NCBI RefSeq assembly: GCF_001194135.2
Contig: NC_068992.1
Location: forward strand, 48,669,429-48,732,738
Reading direction: 5' to 3'
Length of the DNA stretch: 63,310 nucleotides
Origin: Octopus bimaculoides
Taxonomy: Eukaryota
The notes below the pieces were generated by a model, which was not told the origin of the DNA, searched no databases, and saw only the letters and a list, made by a program, of their open reading frames with translations. The stretch's first letter is position 1. Each line of letters begins with the position of its first letter. This document shows positions 13,068 to 25,174 of this stretch, piece after piece. Position numbers and translations under genes: made by a program.

Positions 13068-13394
13068 TAATGACGATGACAATGATGATGATGATAATAA
13101 TGATAATATTAATAATAATAATAATAATAATTATTATTATTATTATTATTATTATTATCATCATTATTGTAGCAATTTTTTGATATGTGAAATTTAGGGG
13201 CAGGGTGTTAATCGGTTACATCGACCCCTTCTACTAATTCTATCTACCCCGAAGGGATGAAAAGCAAATTGACTACAACGGAATTTGAACTCAGAACGTA
13301 AAGAGGGACGAACTATCACCAAGCATTTTGTCTGGCATGCTAACGATTCTGTCAGCTGAATAATAACAACAAAAATAACAACAACAACAACAAC

Positions 13395-13468
<74 letters not shown>

Positions 13469-13482
13469 TGATAATAATGATG

Positions 13483-13531
<49 letters not shown>

Positions 13532-13551
13532 TAATAATAATAATAATGATG

Positions 13552-13602
<51 letters not shown>

Positions 13603-13610
13603 TATTAGTA
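12970..13610. repeat. (AAT)/(GAT)/(ATT) arrays around a SINE
   Basis: Read directly from the sequence. Confidence 0.95.
13190..13360 (-). mobile_element. SINE family A
   Basis: Full motif set, embedded between (ATT)n and (AAT)n tracts. Confidence 0.8.
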
Positions 13611-13639
13611 ACGAATAAGAAGGCAAAGATCAAAAACTA

Positions 13640-13830
13640 GATCTATGTTCGCAGTTTTCATAATTCTCCAGAAAATCCCTCAAAGATCACCCTATTGGAT
13701 ACAACGCACGGTCTATACAAGACATTTTCAATTCTCAATAGAAGAATTTCTAAATAATCAACTTGTAGATATAATAACTTAGCTTAGACATAAGCTGAAC
13801 AGACTCTACATAACCACCTTCCAAATACTT
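13640..13830 (+). mobile_element. R4/Dong-type LINE 3' end
   Basis: QRSPYW/KITLLDTTHGLYKTFSI resembles the terminal QKIALLGTAHILRKTL motif. It follows an (AAT)n tract. Confidence 0.45.
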
Positions 13831-14009
13831 TAAACAGTTTTTTTCTTAATAAACAAAAGGCAACACCGCAAATACCGAAAGAAAATAGCGACAGCCATAA
13901 CACAGTAAATTAGATTGAGGAAAAACACGTTCACAAGTACACCAAAAAGACCGTAGAGCACACACCTCAGGAACAACAAAGAGGTGCATTGGAACATTAC
14001 TGAAAGCAT

Positions 14010-14062
<53 letters not shown>

Positions 14063-14069
14063 CATAAAA

Positions 14070-14106
<37 letters not shown>

Positions 14107-14364
14107 GTTGTTGTTGTTGTTGTTGTTATCATTGGTATTTTAACTGTCACGAGAAAGCGAATAATATAACGAAACAAGACATTTGAAAGTAATACAAAAT
14201 AATAGTTACTGTACAGAATTGACAGGTAAAACGAAATTGCCAAAACGTGTGTGTGTGCATACACACACACATACACGCATATATATTATGGTGGGATATG
14301 TAGGTTTATACATAACTGGTGACAAGAAAACTAAGAAATTGCAGGAAGAACGCGTGATATATAA

Positions 14365-14511
14365 ATATGTATGTCTATATATATAGATGTGTGTGTATGT
14401 ATATAAATGTATATATATGTATATATACATACACATATATATACATATACATATATATATATATTATATATGTATATATATACATATATATATATATTAT
14501 ATATATGTACA

Positions 14512-14595
<84 letters not shown>

Positions 14596-14760
14596 CATAC
14601 ATATATATACATATATACATATATATATATTTATATATGTATATATGTATATATATATAAATGAATGTATATGTAGAGAAGGATACATATACATGTGTGT
14701 GAGTGTGTGTGTGTGTGTGTAGTAGTAGTAGTAGTAGTGGTAGTAGTTGTTGTTGTTGTT
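14365..14760. repeat. Compound (TA)/(TG)/(TAG)/(TTG) microsatellite
   Basis: Read directly from the sequence. Confidence 0.95.
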
Positions 14761-14817
14761 TTTTGCTGCTATTCTCATTACTTACGTTGCAGCTTCAATT
14801 GATGTTATGGTCATGTT

Positions 14818-14904
14818 TTAGGGAGCAAGGGGTTTCCACCCCTCTTGCTTGAGTATAAAATTATCTCTGGTTATTGCAGCTTCCACAGATAAAGGAACTA
14901 GCCC
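14818..14904 (-). CDS. Weak candidate terminal exon
   Basis: cacag|GGG starts GLVPLSVEAAITRDNFILKQEGWKPLAP* in phase 0. The acceptor lacks a good pyrimidine tract. Confidence 0.2.
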   Translation of the reverse strand, partial: GLVPLSVEAAITRDNFILKQEGWKPLAP

Positions 14905-15934
14905 CTGTGCCCTTTAACGCAAATCTTATTATATTAGCACCATCCAAATGAAAGACTCCAACAAACTATGTCCTATCCTTTTAGGATCAGCAGCTTTTGC
15001 ACCTTAATTCTTAGTTCTAAGTTTTTCTTTTATTTATTTTTGTGGATGAAAGTTGATAACTGATCCATATTTCTGAGACTATTATAAAATAATTTCTATT
15101 AATTTTTGGTGACACATTTGTAGAAGTCACCTAAGTTTCTTCGTGCCCCATAGCGGATGGTAATAACAAATATTCATCGAGAAAACAAATCCATGGCTAT
15201 CTTCGTTTATCACTGGTTTTGCACTCAGCACTCACCCGTATAGCACTCAAACGTTTACATGGAACAATGGATCGAAATCACAGCTAGTACCCAGAATATC
15301 AACTTTCTGTTATGATCCCTATATACCGAAACCTAAAATTATATACGGTTATTTCGCGAAACATCTCTACCTAGCGCCACGTTCCGCTCTCGCTATCATA
15401 GTTCAACTGTTGTTGCTGTAATATTCACTCCTTTCAGTAGCCAAAACTTTAGTTCACTCAAGTGCCAGGGCCTCGCTTAAGTGGTCTTTTCATTACAGAG
15501 AGAGAGAGAAAGAGAGAGAGAGAGTCTTCTTCCTTCATGAAGTCATGATAGAACTGTTTCCTTCATGCGTGCTCCTGAATAAATGGTTGTTATAGGGACA
15601 ATGAGCCCTTATAAAAACAATTCTCTCCCCTACCAACTCCATTTACAATTCTGTTCTATCCATATTCAAAATTTTTATGTAGGACACAATTTTGATAAAG
15701 CTACCTCCGTTTTTGTATTTCTTGCTCGGCGGCCTTCCTGATATGTGCGTCACTGTGTTGTCCTCATGGTTGTTATTCCTGCTGCTACTGCTGCTACTAC
15801 TGCTGCTACTACCGCTGTTGCTGCCTCTGCTGTTGTAATTGTTATTGCTGCTGCTACCGAGTGTGTTACCACAACCATTAAATAAGCTTTTACTCTTTTT
15901 GGAAAATAATTTTTCCCCAAACAAAATCACATAC

Positions 15935-16054
15935 CTTCCGCTTGCAAGACTCGTTCATGTTTTTCTGTTTTGCTTTCACACAAGCTTTCTTTCTTTTCGA
16001 TGAGTGTTGCTTAGACGAGTTTATGATTTTCCCAGTCAAGTCGAACAAAATGTT
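15935..16054 (-). CDS. Candidate downstream exon of the same gene
   Basis: Acceptor aagatttag|AAC and donor AAG|gtatgt bound 120 nt. Frame 0 is open (NILFDLTGKIINSSKQHSSKRKKACVKAKQKNMNESCKRK). Phase 0/0 fits the phase-0 end at 26682. Confidence 0.4.
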
Positions 16055-16221
16055 CTAAATCTTAAATATTATTTTTATTTGCAAAAAGTCGAATGAAAAT
16101 CACTTGCTATCTTAAATAGGTTTACGCGACATAAACCCCCAGTTCCTAAAAAAATTCCTTAGAAATCATAGTAATTCAAAAGGAAAAAAATAACTATTCT
16201 TTCAAGTTAAAGTACAACAAC

Positions 16222-16266
16222 TAATAATAATAATAATAATAATTATTATTATTATTATTATTATTA

Positions 16267-16303
<37 letters not shown>

Positions 16304-16395
16304 CATTATTGTCATCATCATCATCATCATCACCATCATCATCATTATCCTCATCATCATCATCATTATTATTATTATTACTATTATTATCATCA
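16222..16395. repeat. (AAT)-(ATT)-(ATC) array
   Basis: Read directly from the sequence. Confidence 0.95.
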
Positions 16396-16479
16396 TAAGA
16401 CCCTGCGATAAAGAAAAAGCTAGGCTTCCATTCGCTGGTCTATAACCATGTCTCAGGAGCATAAAGATGTCTTGGATAA

Positions 16480-18225
16480 TAGTTTTTTTCTAGAAAAGGT
16501 TTTTCGATAAAAACACTGGTAGTTGTGCAAGTTGAAAAAATACTAACGCCTTGTGAATGAATTTGAATATAACAATGATTCAAATAACAGCATAAATATG
16601 ACTGGAATCTAAATTGAAGGTCTCCCGCCCAACAATTATTCCACGGAGGCGTAGCGTGAGCTCAGTTGTCATTCGAGAACTGCCCGAAATGAAGAATGCA
16701 AGACAGCAATAATAAAATATTGTTATGAAAGACTACCGGGAAACAAGGATATCATAGCAAATGTTAGTTATAAGGGAGCAGCAACAGTGTTTTGATATAA
16801 CTGAACCGAGGCTATGGGGTCGAATTGAGCAAATTAAGAACAAAGAATGGTATGCAAAACTACAGTTACAGGAAATGGAGGCTGTGTGACCTAATGGTTA
16901 GGATGTTGCACTCACAATTGCAATATCAACGGTTCGATTACCGGACTGGGCAGTGAGTTGTGTTACTGAGCAAGACATATCATCTCGTGTTACTTTGCGA
17001 TCACTTCGACACCTGACGTGTGGCGCCTGTATTGGTAATGTTGGTTTGATGGAGGGAGTGAGCTTACGTGCAGCATAAACATGTTATCACCCTAAACAAA
17101 TCAGTTGTGATGGTTGTTCAGCAAGAATGTCTAGAACCGTCTTTCTCGGATTCGAGAGACAGCCACACAGAGGAAATTAAGAGGGAAATCCAGCAAGGCA
17201 AATGGCATGACATAATAGAAGAAAGAGAATTACAGGATGATGTTGAAGTCGTTACGCTAACTGAGGTGGAAGATAACGATGTTGAAAGTAATGTCAGCAT
17301 TAACATAGCCTCGAAAGGACAGAGAGAATTAGTTGAGGAATCCAACAATATACTACAATAAAATAAAGGAAATTGTGGAAAAGTAGTCTTCACTACAATC
17401 ACAAAATCTACGCAGTTTAGACTGGAAAAGAACTAAAGTAATAACGGAGAAAGCAGACGGTGTAATATTGCAAATAAGCACAAATAAACGTAACGCAGAC
17501 CAACAAGCTGATTAAAGTAGAGGCAACTGTGATGTGGAAATGTTAGGGACAAAGAAAAGCAGAAAAGGTAAAAGGGGACAGCGATCCATTTTGGAAGCAA
17601 AGAATAGATGGAAAATAGACCAACTGCGAAAAAATATAGGATTTGCAGAGAAATAGTAAAAACGGAAACTAAAATAAAAATAGTCAGAAAAACTGCTTGC
17701 AACGTCTGTAGAATATCAAACGAAAAGGCTTCAAGAGAATTATCGAGGAAATAAAATAAAACGCAAAAACAAAATCCGCCACAGCAAAACGTTACACACA
17801 ACAAAATAGTATTTAAAAAGACAGGTTGTTCAAATGCAATGAATCCAAATATTTCAAAGAACTGAACGACATGCAGGTGACACAAATCATCGGTGAGAAA
17901 GAGAAAACGGGAAAACTATGGGCGGATATTTGAGAAAGAAAACGTGCTCAAGCTCGCATTGAGGAAGCAGAATGGATAAAAGAAGTTGCAGCAAAAAACG
18001 CAAACTGAAAAGCAACGAAATATTTAATTCAAAAAGCAATGTTAAAAAATAAAAAAAAATACAGATAAAAAAAGCTTGTCAATTGGAAATCTAAGAATAT
18101 TGTATGAAAATGTTTGAGGATGAAGGAATGGAAAGCCAGAGCGTTTCTAAATATATCACTTCCAGTGTTACATATGTGTTGGGGACAGATATTGATAAGG
18201 GTAATGAGGTCGGCAACTACAGGGA
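16480..18225 (+). mobile_element. R4/Dong-type LINE, N-terminal ORF region, interrupted by a SINE
   Basis: CFDITEPRLWGRIEQIKNKEWYAKLQLQEM; FWKQRIDGKIDQLRK; QQNSI*KDRLFKCNESKYFKEL; LWADI..EAEWIKEV. Confidence 0.7.
16881..17125 (+). mobile_element. SINE family D (tRNA-derived), inserted into an R4/Dong ORF
   Basis: A-box-like tgacctaatggttagg and B-box-like ggttcgattacc. A weaker relative lies at 27960-28220. Confidence 0.7.
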
Positions 18226-18234
18226 GACACACGT

Positions 18235-18266
18235 CTCTCTCTCTCTCTTTCTTTCTCTCTCCCTCC

Positions 18267-18301
<35 letters not shown>

Positions 18302-18316
18302 TCTTTCTTTCTCTCT

Positions 18317-18375
<59 letters not shown>
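18235..18375. repeat. (TC)n
   Basis: Read directly from the sequence. Confidence 0.95.
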
Positions 18376-18429
18376 ATGTGAAAACTTTTGGCTGGAATTA
18401 TTACAGAAGAGATATACAACCATCTTGAA

Positions 18430-18598
18430 AGACGGAACATCGACTCCAGTGCATTACTGTTACTTTTCTCATCGACCCTGAAAGGATGAAAAGCAAAGCC
18501 GACTTCGACGGAATTTGAACTCAGTCTGTAAAGACGGACAAAATGCCGCCAAGCATCTTGCTCGCCATGCTAATGATTCTGCCGGCTCACTACCTTAG
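18430..18598 (-). mobile_element. SINE family A
   Basis: atcgaccctgaaaggatgaaaagcaaagccgacttcgacggaatttgaactcag..ctgccggctcactacc. Confidence 0.85.
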
Positions 18599-18613
18599 TA
18601 ATAATAATAATAG

Positions 18614-18652
<39 letters not shown>

Positions 18653-18982
18653 CGACGATTTCTTTACTTGCCACAGAACATGCATACATATATATATTAC
18701 CAAAAGATTAATAACTACATGTTCATTTTATATTATCTGTCTATTTGTCTGTCTGCCTGTCTATCAATCTATCGCTATATGCTTGTCCGTCTATCTTTCT
18801 GTGTCTCTATATACAGCTATGTTTCTCCCTTTCTCTCTCTATCTTTCTTTCTCTTTTTCTCTATCTCTATCTCTCTGTCTCTATTTATCTATCTATGTGT
18901 CTGTCGATCGATTTGTCTATCTATCCGGCTTTTTCCTCTTGTTGGACTAGTGTCTGACAGAGACCATAAGTATCGACTTCTC

Positions 18983-19000
18983 TACGCCCTCTGGTGGCAG
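18983..19000 (-). promoter_or_regulatory. CTCF-like binding motif
   Basis: The minus strand reads CTGCCACCAGAGGGCGTA, a close match to the CTCF core CCACCAGRGGGCG, in apparently unique sequence. Confidence 0.5.
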
Positions 19001-19434
19001 AATTACTCGGTTAAATTCAGCATGAGATTTACAACGAATCCTGTTGTATATAAACGGAAGAATCTAGCGGATTACACAAATGCAACTTCATTAACAAACT
19101 GTTGCGTCAACTGAATAGCAAGCAGCTCTTAAAGTCACCAGTGAATCAAGCTATATAACTATTTTATTTCATTACTTCTTGTTTCCTAGAAAATATTTTA
19201 GTTCGTATATACAGGGAATAACATACAACAGCTGATTTCTACTCTTTGCGGAATAGAAGTAAAAGTAATGCCTCATTACTCTCCCGCTATGTTTGTAAGT
19301 TGAAGAAAAAATGTTTTGATAATATATTTCAATAAAATGATCTGCAGACCGACCCGTTGTCTCCTATGCATTAATGTTATAAAGTCTTCAGTATGATTTA
19401 GAAACAACGGTAGCAAGAGCTTCTTTGCCTTTTT

Positions 19435-19659
19435 TTTCTTTTACTTGTTTCAGTCATAAGACTACGACTATGCTGGGGGCGCAACCTCAGAGATTTTTGT
19501 GTTTGCTTACTCGAATGAATGGAGAGCCATGCTTATTTTTAAAACCTCGTTCGTATTCTATCGGACTCCTTTGCTAAACCGCTAAGTTAAGGTGATGTAC
19601 ACTGCAGCAGCGGTTCTCAAGCGGTGGTTGTGGACAAACACAAAGAGACACGCACACTC

Positions 19660-19707
<48 letters not shown>

Positions 19708-19756
19708 CAGACAGACAGACAGAGAGAAAGAGNNNNNNNNNNNNNNNNNNNNNNNN

Positions 19757-19811
<55 letters not shown>

Positions 19812-19965
19812 CTTTTCAGTTTCCATCTACCAAATCCACCAACAAGGCCTTGGTCAGCCCGAAGATACAGTAGAAGATACTTGCCCAAGGTGCCATGGCG
19901 CAGTAGGTTTAAACACGGAACCATGTGGTTGGGAAGCAAGCTTCTTACCACACAGCCACGTCTGC
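19435..19965 (-). mobile_element. SINE family B (tRNA-derived head, internal microsatellite)
   Basis: On minus the head reads gtggctgtgtggtaagaagcttgcttcccaaccacatggttccg..ggcaccttgggcaagt, and the tail reads ..gactgaaacaagtaaaag. The internal (TG)/(AG) tract is expanded and spans a gap. Confidence 0.85.
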
Positions 19966-20828
19966 GAATATGCAGATATGAGAATAAATATGACGTGATG
20001 CGCATTTATTCCGTGATTGAGCTAATGAAGGAGTTTCTGCATAATCATTAAGCTCGTTACTAATAATGACAAAATTATTCTCGAGGTATACCTCATGCCT
20101 TAAAAAGAAGAATACATTGGTTAATGTACTACAAGATAGATTGTGGCTAAATAAATTGATAGCATGGACACTGAAACAGAAACTTTGATCAGAGCAACGT
20201 TAGGCTAATGTCAAGCTGATGATGCTTGACAAGAACAATGATAGCAACAAACCGTAGATCATCAACTTGGTCGCTTGAATTGCAAGAAATACTAATAATA
20301 TTTAAATAACACCTGGAAAAAAGGAAGTAGATATTCTATAATTATCATCATCATTTGGTGGTTCCAGTTGAGAGAGACATTCCAATTTTTCAATATATTT
20401 CATAATCCTGCGAATCCGAGAATCTGAGGCTTTTCGTAAGATAACCATTATCAATGTGTTCAAAATCAAAGAAACAAAAAAAAACTGAGAAGCAATGGAA
20501 AGAGACAAAATTTACTATATTAAAACCATCAGATTCTCTTTTGTTTCTCCTTTCAGTGTATGAAGCCTCCTTCAGCAATTTTTTGTTTGTTGATTATTTG
20601 CTTTATACTTATACGTTTTTCAGGAGAGCGATTCGCTTGTCTTAGTCTGCTTGCTATGTTTTGCATCTTTGTTGCCCCTTGTGCCACATTTCACTCATGT
20701 TATCTGTGTGGTTTTTACCTGTTTATAACTTTGCGTATACTCAGAATCGCTCGCTGCTTCTTCGCAGATTGACTATATACACACAGAGACACATACATAG
20801 ACACACACACACACACACATACACACAC

Positions 20829-20869
<41 letters not shown>

Positions 20870-21480
20870 CAGTTCAAGATGCAGACACCTTAATTTCACC
20901 AGCTACATCAGATACCAAATCCAATATGTTTTGGGTGGTGACTTTAAAGCGAAGAAGTACTGCTCACCGTCAACCTCACATTCTCATCCGTGGTCATCTT
21001 CAGTCTAGTGGCAAGAACAGTTAAGATGACTGGACTTACAGATGGATGCAGCGGATGACCAAAACGCCTTGCCTCATATTACTCTCTGCACGCCAGAGTG
21101 CGTTACTGAAGCTGCTTTCACTTCCGTTGAACTATGAATGTTTCTTCTGCAGAGTCCGCAGGATCCAGTTTTCAAAGGCGAGCGTGGCAAGCATATCATA
21201 ATATTAATTAGCATATTAAGGCTAATTAACCCATAACTAGGACCCTACACCATGCCAGAGTAAACTTGGGAACAGTAGTGGCCAAGAAGTGGTTTCACAC
21301 ACCTGATATTCCTGGAATTCCCGAATCAGAGCTCCAAAACCGGAAGCAGTTTAAAGGCTTACCCCGCACATATTGTAGTCTTGATACACAATAAGACGTG
21401 ACTGCTATGCCTGAGAAATATTTGATAATTCTTGCTCGATCAAAGCTGCTCTGTGGAGTAAACACCATCAGCAACAATGA
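20870..21480 (-). mobile_element. Possible decayed Penelope-like 3' end
   Basis: Weak GIY-YIG-like fragments (IVYQDYNMCG; LEL*FGNSRNIR), then a broken hammerhead-like motif CTGAAGA-T-GACC...GGTT-GACG (21003-20968), ending at (TA)n. Confidence 0.3.
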
Positions 21481-22000
21481 TCACACCCTAAGCTATGATT
21501 AATGCGTAAATTAACCGATTAAACACCACATATGCGATCAGGAAGATAGTGTGGAAGAGAGCATCGTTCACACAACATAAACCGAATTATAAATTATAGC
21601 ATAGAGAAGATGAATTCTACTTCAAATATTGTTATACACAGCACGACAGTTAATGACACATCAAACACCCACCAACCAATTAAAATACTGTATTATTTAT
21701 TACTGCTATACCCTAATATAGTTTTCAGACTATTTTCTTTTCTATCTAGAAAGGTTATTTTTTTAATATATATATGGTTTCTCTCCTCACGACCTTATGA
21801 TAAAATAACTTTTCAAAGAATAGATGTTAATCGCTGAATCCTAATATGTGTATATATGTACCAATGTCTCTGTGTGTTTTGTGAGCGCGTGAGTGCATAT
21901 CTGTATGTGTATATACATAAATGTGTGCACCTGTATACAGATGCAAGCACAAAAAAGCCAATCGTACGTTCACACACGACACTGTGTGTGCGTATAAATA

Positions 22001-22041
<41 letters not shown>

Positions 22042-22172
22042 CATATATATTATATATATACATGTATATACATATATATCTACACATATATATTATATAT
22101 AGACATTAATATATGTGAATATATATGTATATATATATATTTATACATACATATATACATACATATATATAA

Positions 22173-22207
<35 letters not shown>

Positions 22208-22777
22208 GGTATATATGAATATACGCGCAGTGTAATACATGTATATGCATACACATAAACACACATAAACATTAGAGGATGTATGTAAATATGAATACGT
22301 GCTTATGTACGATTGTATATGTGCTTCCAATCATGTGTATGTAGTTTGATATATAATAGATCTTCGGATTATGTGTGAATGTGTGTGCACCCATGTGTGT
22401 GTGTGAGAGAGAGAAAGGGAAAGAAAGAGAGTGTGTGTGTGAATGTGTGTATTATGTAGAGGTAATATACAAACATACATATACAGCTAGTCTATGAATG
22501 CAAGATGTCTGTTTAGAGGAAGATATATGATATAATTTACGGCGAATTGTACGTGTAAAAAGGCAATATATAAACTAACAATATGGACGTGTGATAAGTG
22601 TCAAAAAAGGAAAGTGTATCATATAAATTATTTGTATATGATAGGCCGAAAAGGGCCAATATATATATATTATGAATTATAGTTTATATGGAACGTGTAA
22701 AGGGAAAACTAATACTGATGTGTATAAATATATATACATACATATGTGTGTGTATGTGTGTGTTCGTATATATGTAT

Positions 22778-22825
<48 letters not shown>

Positions 22826-23904
22826 NNNNNNNNNNNNNNNNNNNNNNNNNNNNNNNNNNNNNNNNNNNNNNNNNNNNNNNNNNNNNNNNNNNNNNNNNNN
22901 NNNNNNNNNNNNNNNNNNNNNNNNNNNNNNNNNNNNNNNNNNNNNNNNNNNNNNNNNNNNNNNNNNNNNNNNNNNNNNNNNNNNNNNNNNNNNNNNNNNN
23001 NNNNNNNNNNNNNNNNNNNNNNNNNNNNNNNNNNNNNNNNNNNNNNNNNNNNNNNNNNNNNNNNNNNNNNNNNNNNNNNNNNNNNNNNNNNNNNNNNNNN
23101 NNNNNNNNNNNNNNNNNNNNNNNNNNNNNNNNNNNNNNNNNNNNNNNNNNNNNNNNNNNNNNNNNNNNNNNNNNNNNNNNNNNNNNNNNNNNNNNNNNNN
23201 NNNNNNNNNNNNNNNNNNNNNNNNNNNNNNNNNNNNNNNNNNNNNNNNNNNNNNNNNNNNNNNNNNNNNNNNNNNNNNNNNNNNNNNNNNNNNNNNNNNN
23301 NNNNNNNNNNNNNNNNNNNNNNNNNNNNNNNNNNNNNNNNNNNNNNNNNNNNNNNNNNNNNNNNNNNNNNNNNNNNNNNNNNNNNNNNNNNNNNNNNNNN
23401 NNNNNNNNNNNNNNNNNNNNNNNNNNNNNNNNNNNNNNNNNNNNNNNNNNNNNNNNNNNNNNNNNNNNNNNNNNNNNNNNNNNNNNNNNNNNNNNNNNNN
23501 NNNNNNNNNNNNNNNNNNNNNNNNNNNNTATATATATATGATGTTCATTTTCCACCCAATAAAAAACATCCTGAATTGTATTTCTGTTTTACAGAGGGAA
23601 CGTACCGGATGATTTACAGGCATAGTCAAAAGAGATGTGGATATATGACACTCATTCAGTTCACATATACGTGGTTGAGTTTATCGAATCTTATAAACTA
23701 TACTCACTAACACGGCGAGTTGTTTTTTGCCCACAAACTTTCTCGAGTGAGTACATAGGACTCTGTAATGATATAGTGAAGGAGGAAATACGATGCAGTA
23801 ACAGCGTTGCATTTCCTGAACGTTTCAGTTGTTCCATTAACTGATTCAACCGTGAATGGAGTGTAGGACATTGTTTTTCCGGCAATTTTATCAGTTGTAA
23901 AATA

Positions 23905-24183
23905 TGTATTTCTCTGCCTATCTCTCCTTCATATCTATGTTATGTGTGTGAGAATAGGGGCAGCTGATGAAGGAAATATTCTCTATGTGGCCTGTATGTT
24001 TTCTGTTCTCTGTTCATGTTCTGTTTTTCATTTTGTCCACGTTTTTTTTGTGACGTCCTCTACCCAGATATGCATCTATATATACATGTAGATGTAGGCA
24101 TGTACATACATGTACGTATATATGCATATACTCACATATTATTTGTATTATTATTATTATTATTATTACTATTATATATATAN
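23905..24183 (+). mobile_element. (TA)n-associated repeat containing CTGATGA, probably a Penelope-type terminal repeat
   Basis: 24030-24160 resembles the reverse complement of 57156-57275. CTGATGA lies at 23964-23970. The element ends in (ATT)/(TA) repeats. Confidence 0.45.
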
Positions 24184-24843
24184 NNNNNNNNNNNNNNNNN
24201 NNNNNNNNNNNNNNNNNNNNNNNNNNNNNNNNNNNNNNNNNNNNNNNNNNNNNNNNNNNNNNNNNNNNNNNNNNNNNNNNNNNNNNNNNNNNNNNNNNNN
24301 NNNNNNNNNNNNNNNNNNNNNNNNNNNNNNNNNNNNNNNNNNNNNNNNNNNNNNNNNNNNNNNNNNNNNNNNNNNNNNNNNNNNNNNNNNNNNNNNNNNN
24401 NNNNNNNNNNNNNNNNNNNNNNNNNNNNNNNNNNNNNNNNNNNNNNNNNNNNNNNNNNNNNNNNNNNNNNNNNNNNNNNNNNNNNNNNNNNNNNNNNNNN
24501 NNNNNNNNNNNNNNNNNNNNNNNNNNNNNNNNNNNNNNNNNNNNNNNNNNNNNNNNNNNNNNNNNNNNNNNNNNNNNNNNNNNNNNNNNNNNNNNNNNNN
24601 NNNNNNNNNNNNNNNNNNNNNNNNNNNNNNNNNNNNNNNNNNNNNNNNNNNNNNNNNNNNNNNNNNNNNNNNNNNNNNNNNNNNNNNNNNNNNNNNNNNN
24701 NNNNNNNNNNNNNNNNNNNNNNNNNNNNNNNNNNNNNNNNNNNNNNNNNNNNNNNNNNNNNNNNNNNNNNNNNNNNNNNNNNNNNNNNNNNNNNNNNNNN
24801 NNNNNNNNNNNNNNNNNNNNNNNNNNNNNNNNNNNNNNNNNNN

Positions 24844-25174
24844 AACATGAAATATAGCGTGATACCAAAACGTAAGCGGGCAAGACATTTAAAATCACCG
24901 AAAAGGAACATTATTAAACAGTTACCGGTTTCAAATTTAACAATCTCACCGACTGTCTATTTCTCTTCAGCCTGATTTGTAGTGGAACCATAATCATCAG
25001 AACCCCATACAAAGTTGCCCACCGCCATAGTTGCGCGTGTATATGGTTCTGCTAATTACAGCTTAATGGTAAAATTCAAAAGTCTTCGTTTTGGCGCGCT
25101 AATTCCAGGAATATGTCTGCAGAGAATATTTACTGCGTCGCATATATCTAGTATGAGAACTCGGTAAGGGTTAA
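24844..25174. mobile_element. Possible piggyBac-like terminus
   Basis: Ends in ...CGGTAAGGG-TTAA (reverse complement TTAA-CCCT). The other end would lie in the gap. Confidence 0.3.

Noticed and set aside
20209-20231. Hairpin TGTCAAGC-tgatgat-GCTTGACA with a box C-like loop
   Set aside because: It is short, sits at the end of a family C remnant, and has no box D or hammerhead partner.
20302-20775. Protein-like frames such as LILNTLIMVILRKASDSRIRR and MQNIASRLRQANRS
   Set aside because: They are interrupted by stops, give no consistent splice chain and match no family I recognise.
21040-21450. Exon candidates SSFDRARIIKYF... and FNGSESSFSNALW...
   Set aside because: Their phases are incompatible with each other, continuation would need a 35-nt intron, and the region looks more like a PLE 3' end.
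23708-23934. 75-codon minus-strand exon candidate YEGEIGREIH...KTTRR
   Set aside because: The acceptor end overlaps the repeat that starts near 23905, and its phase 2 start does not join the phase-0 end at 26682. It is kept only as an alternative reading.
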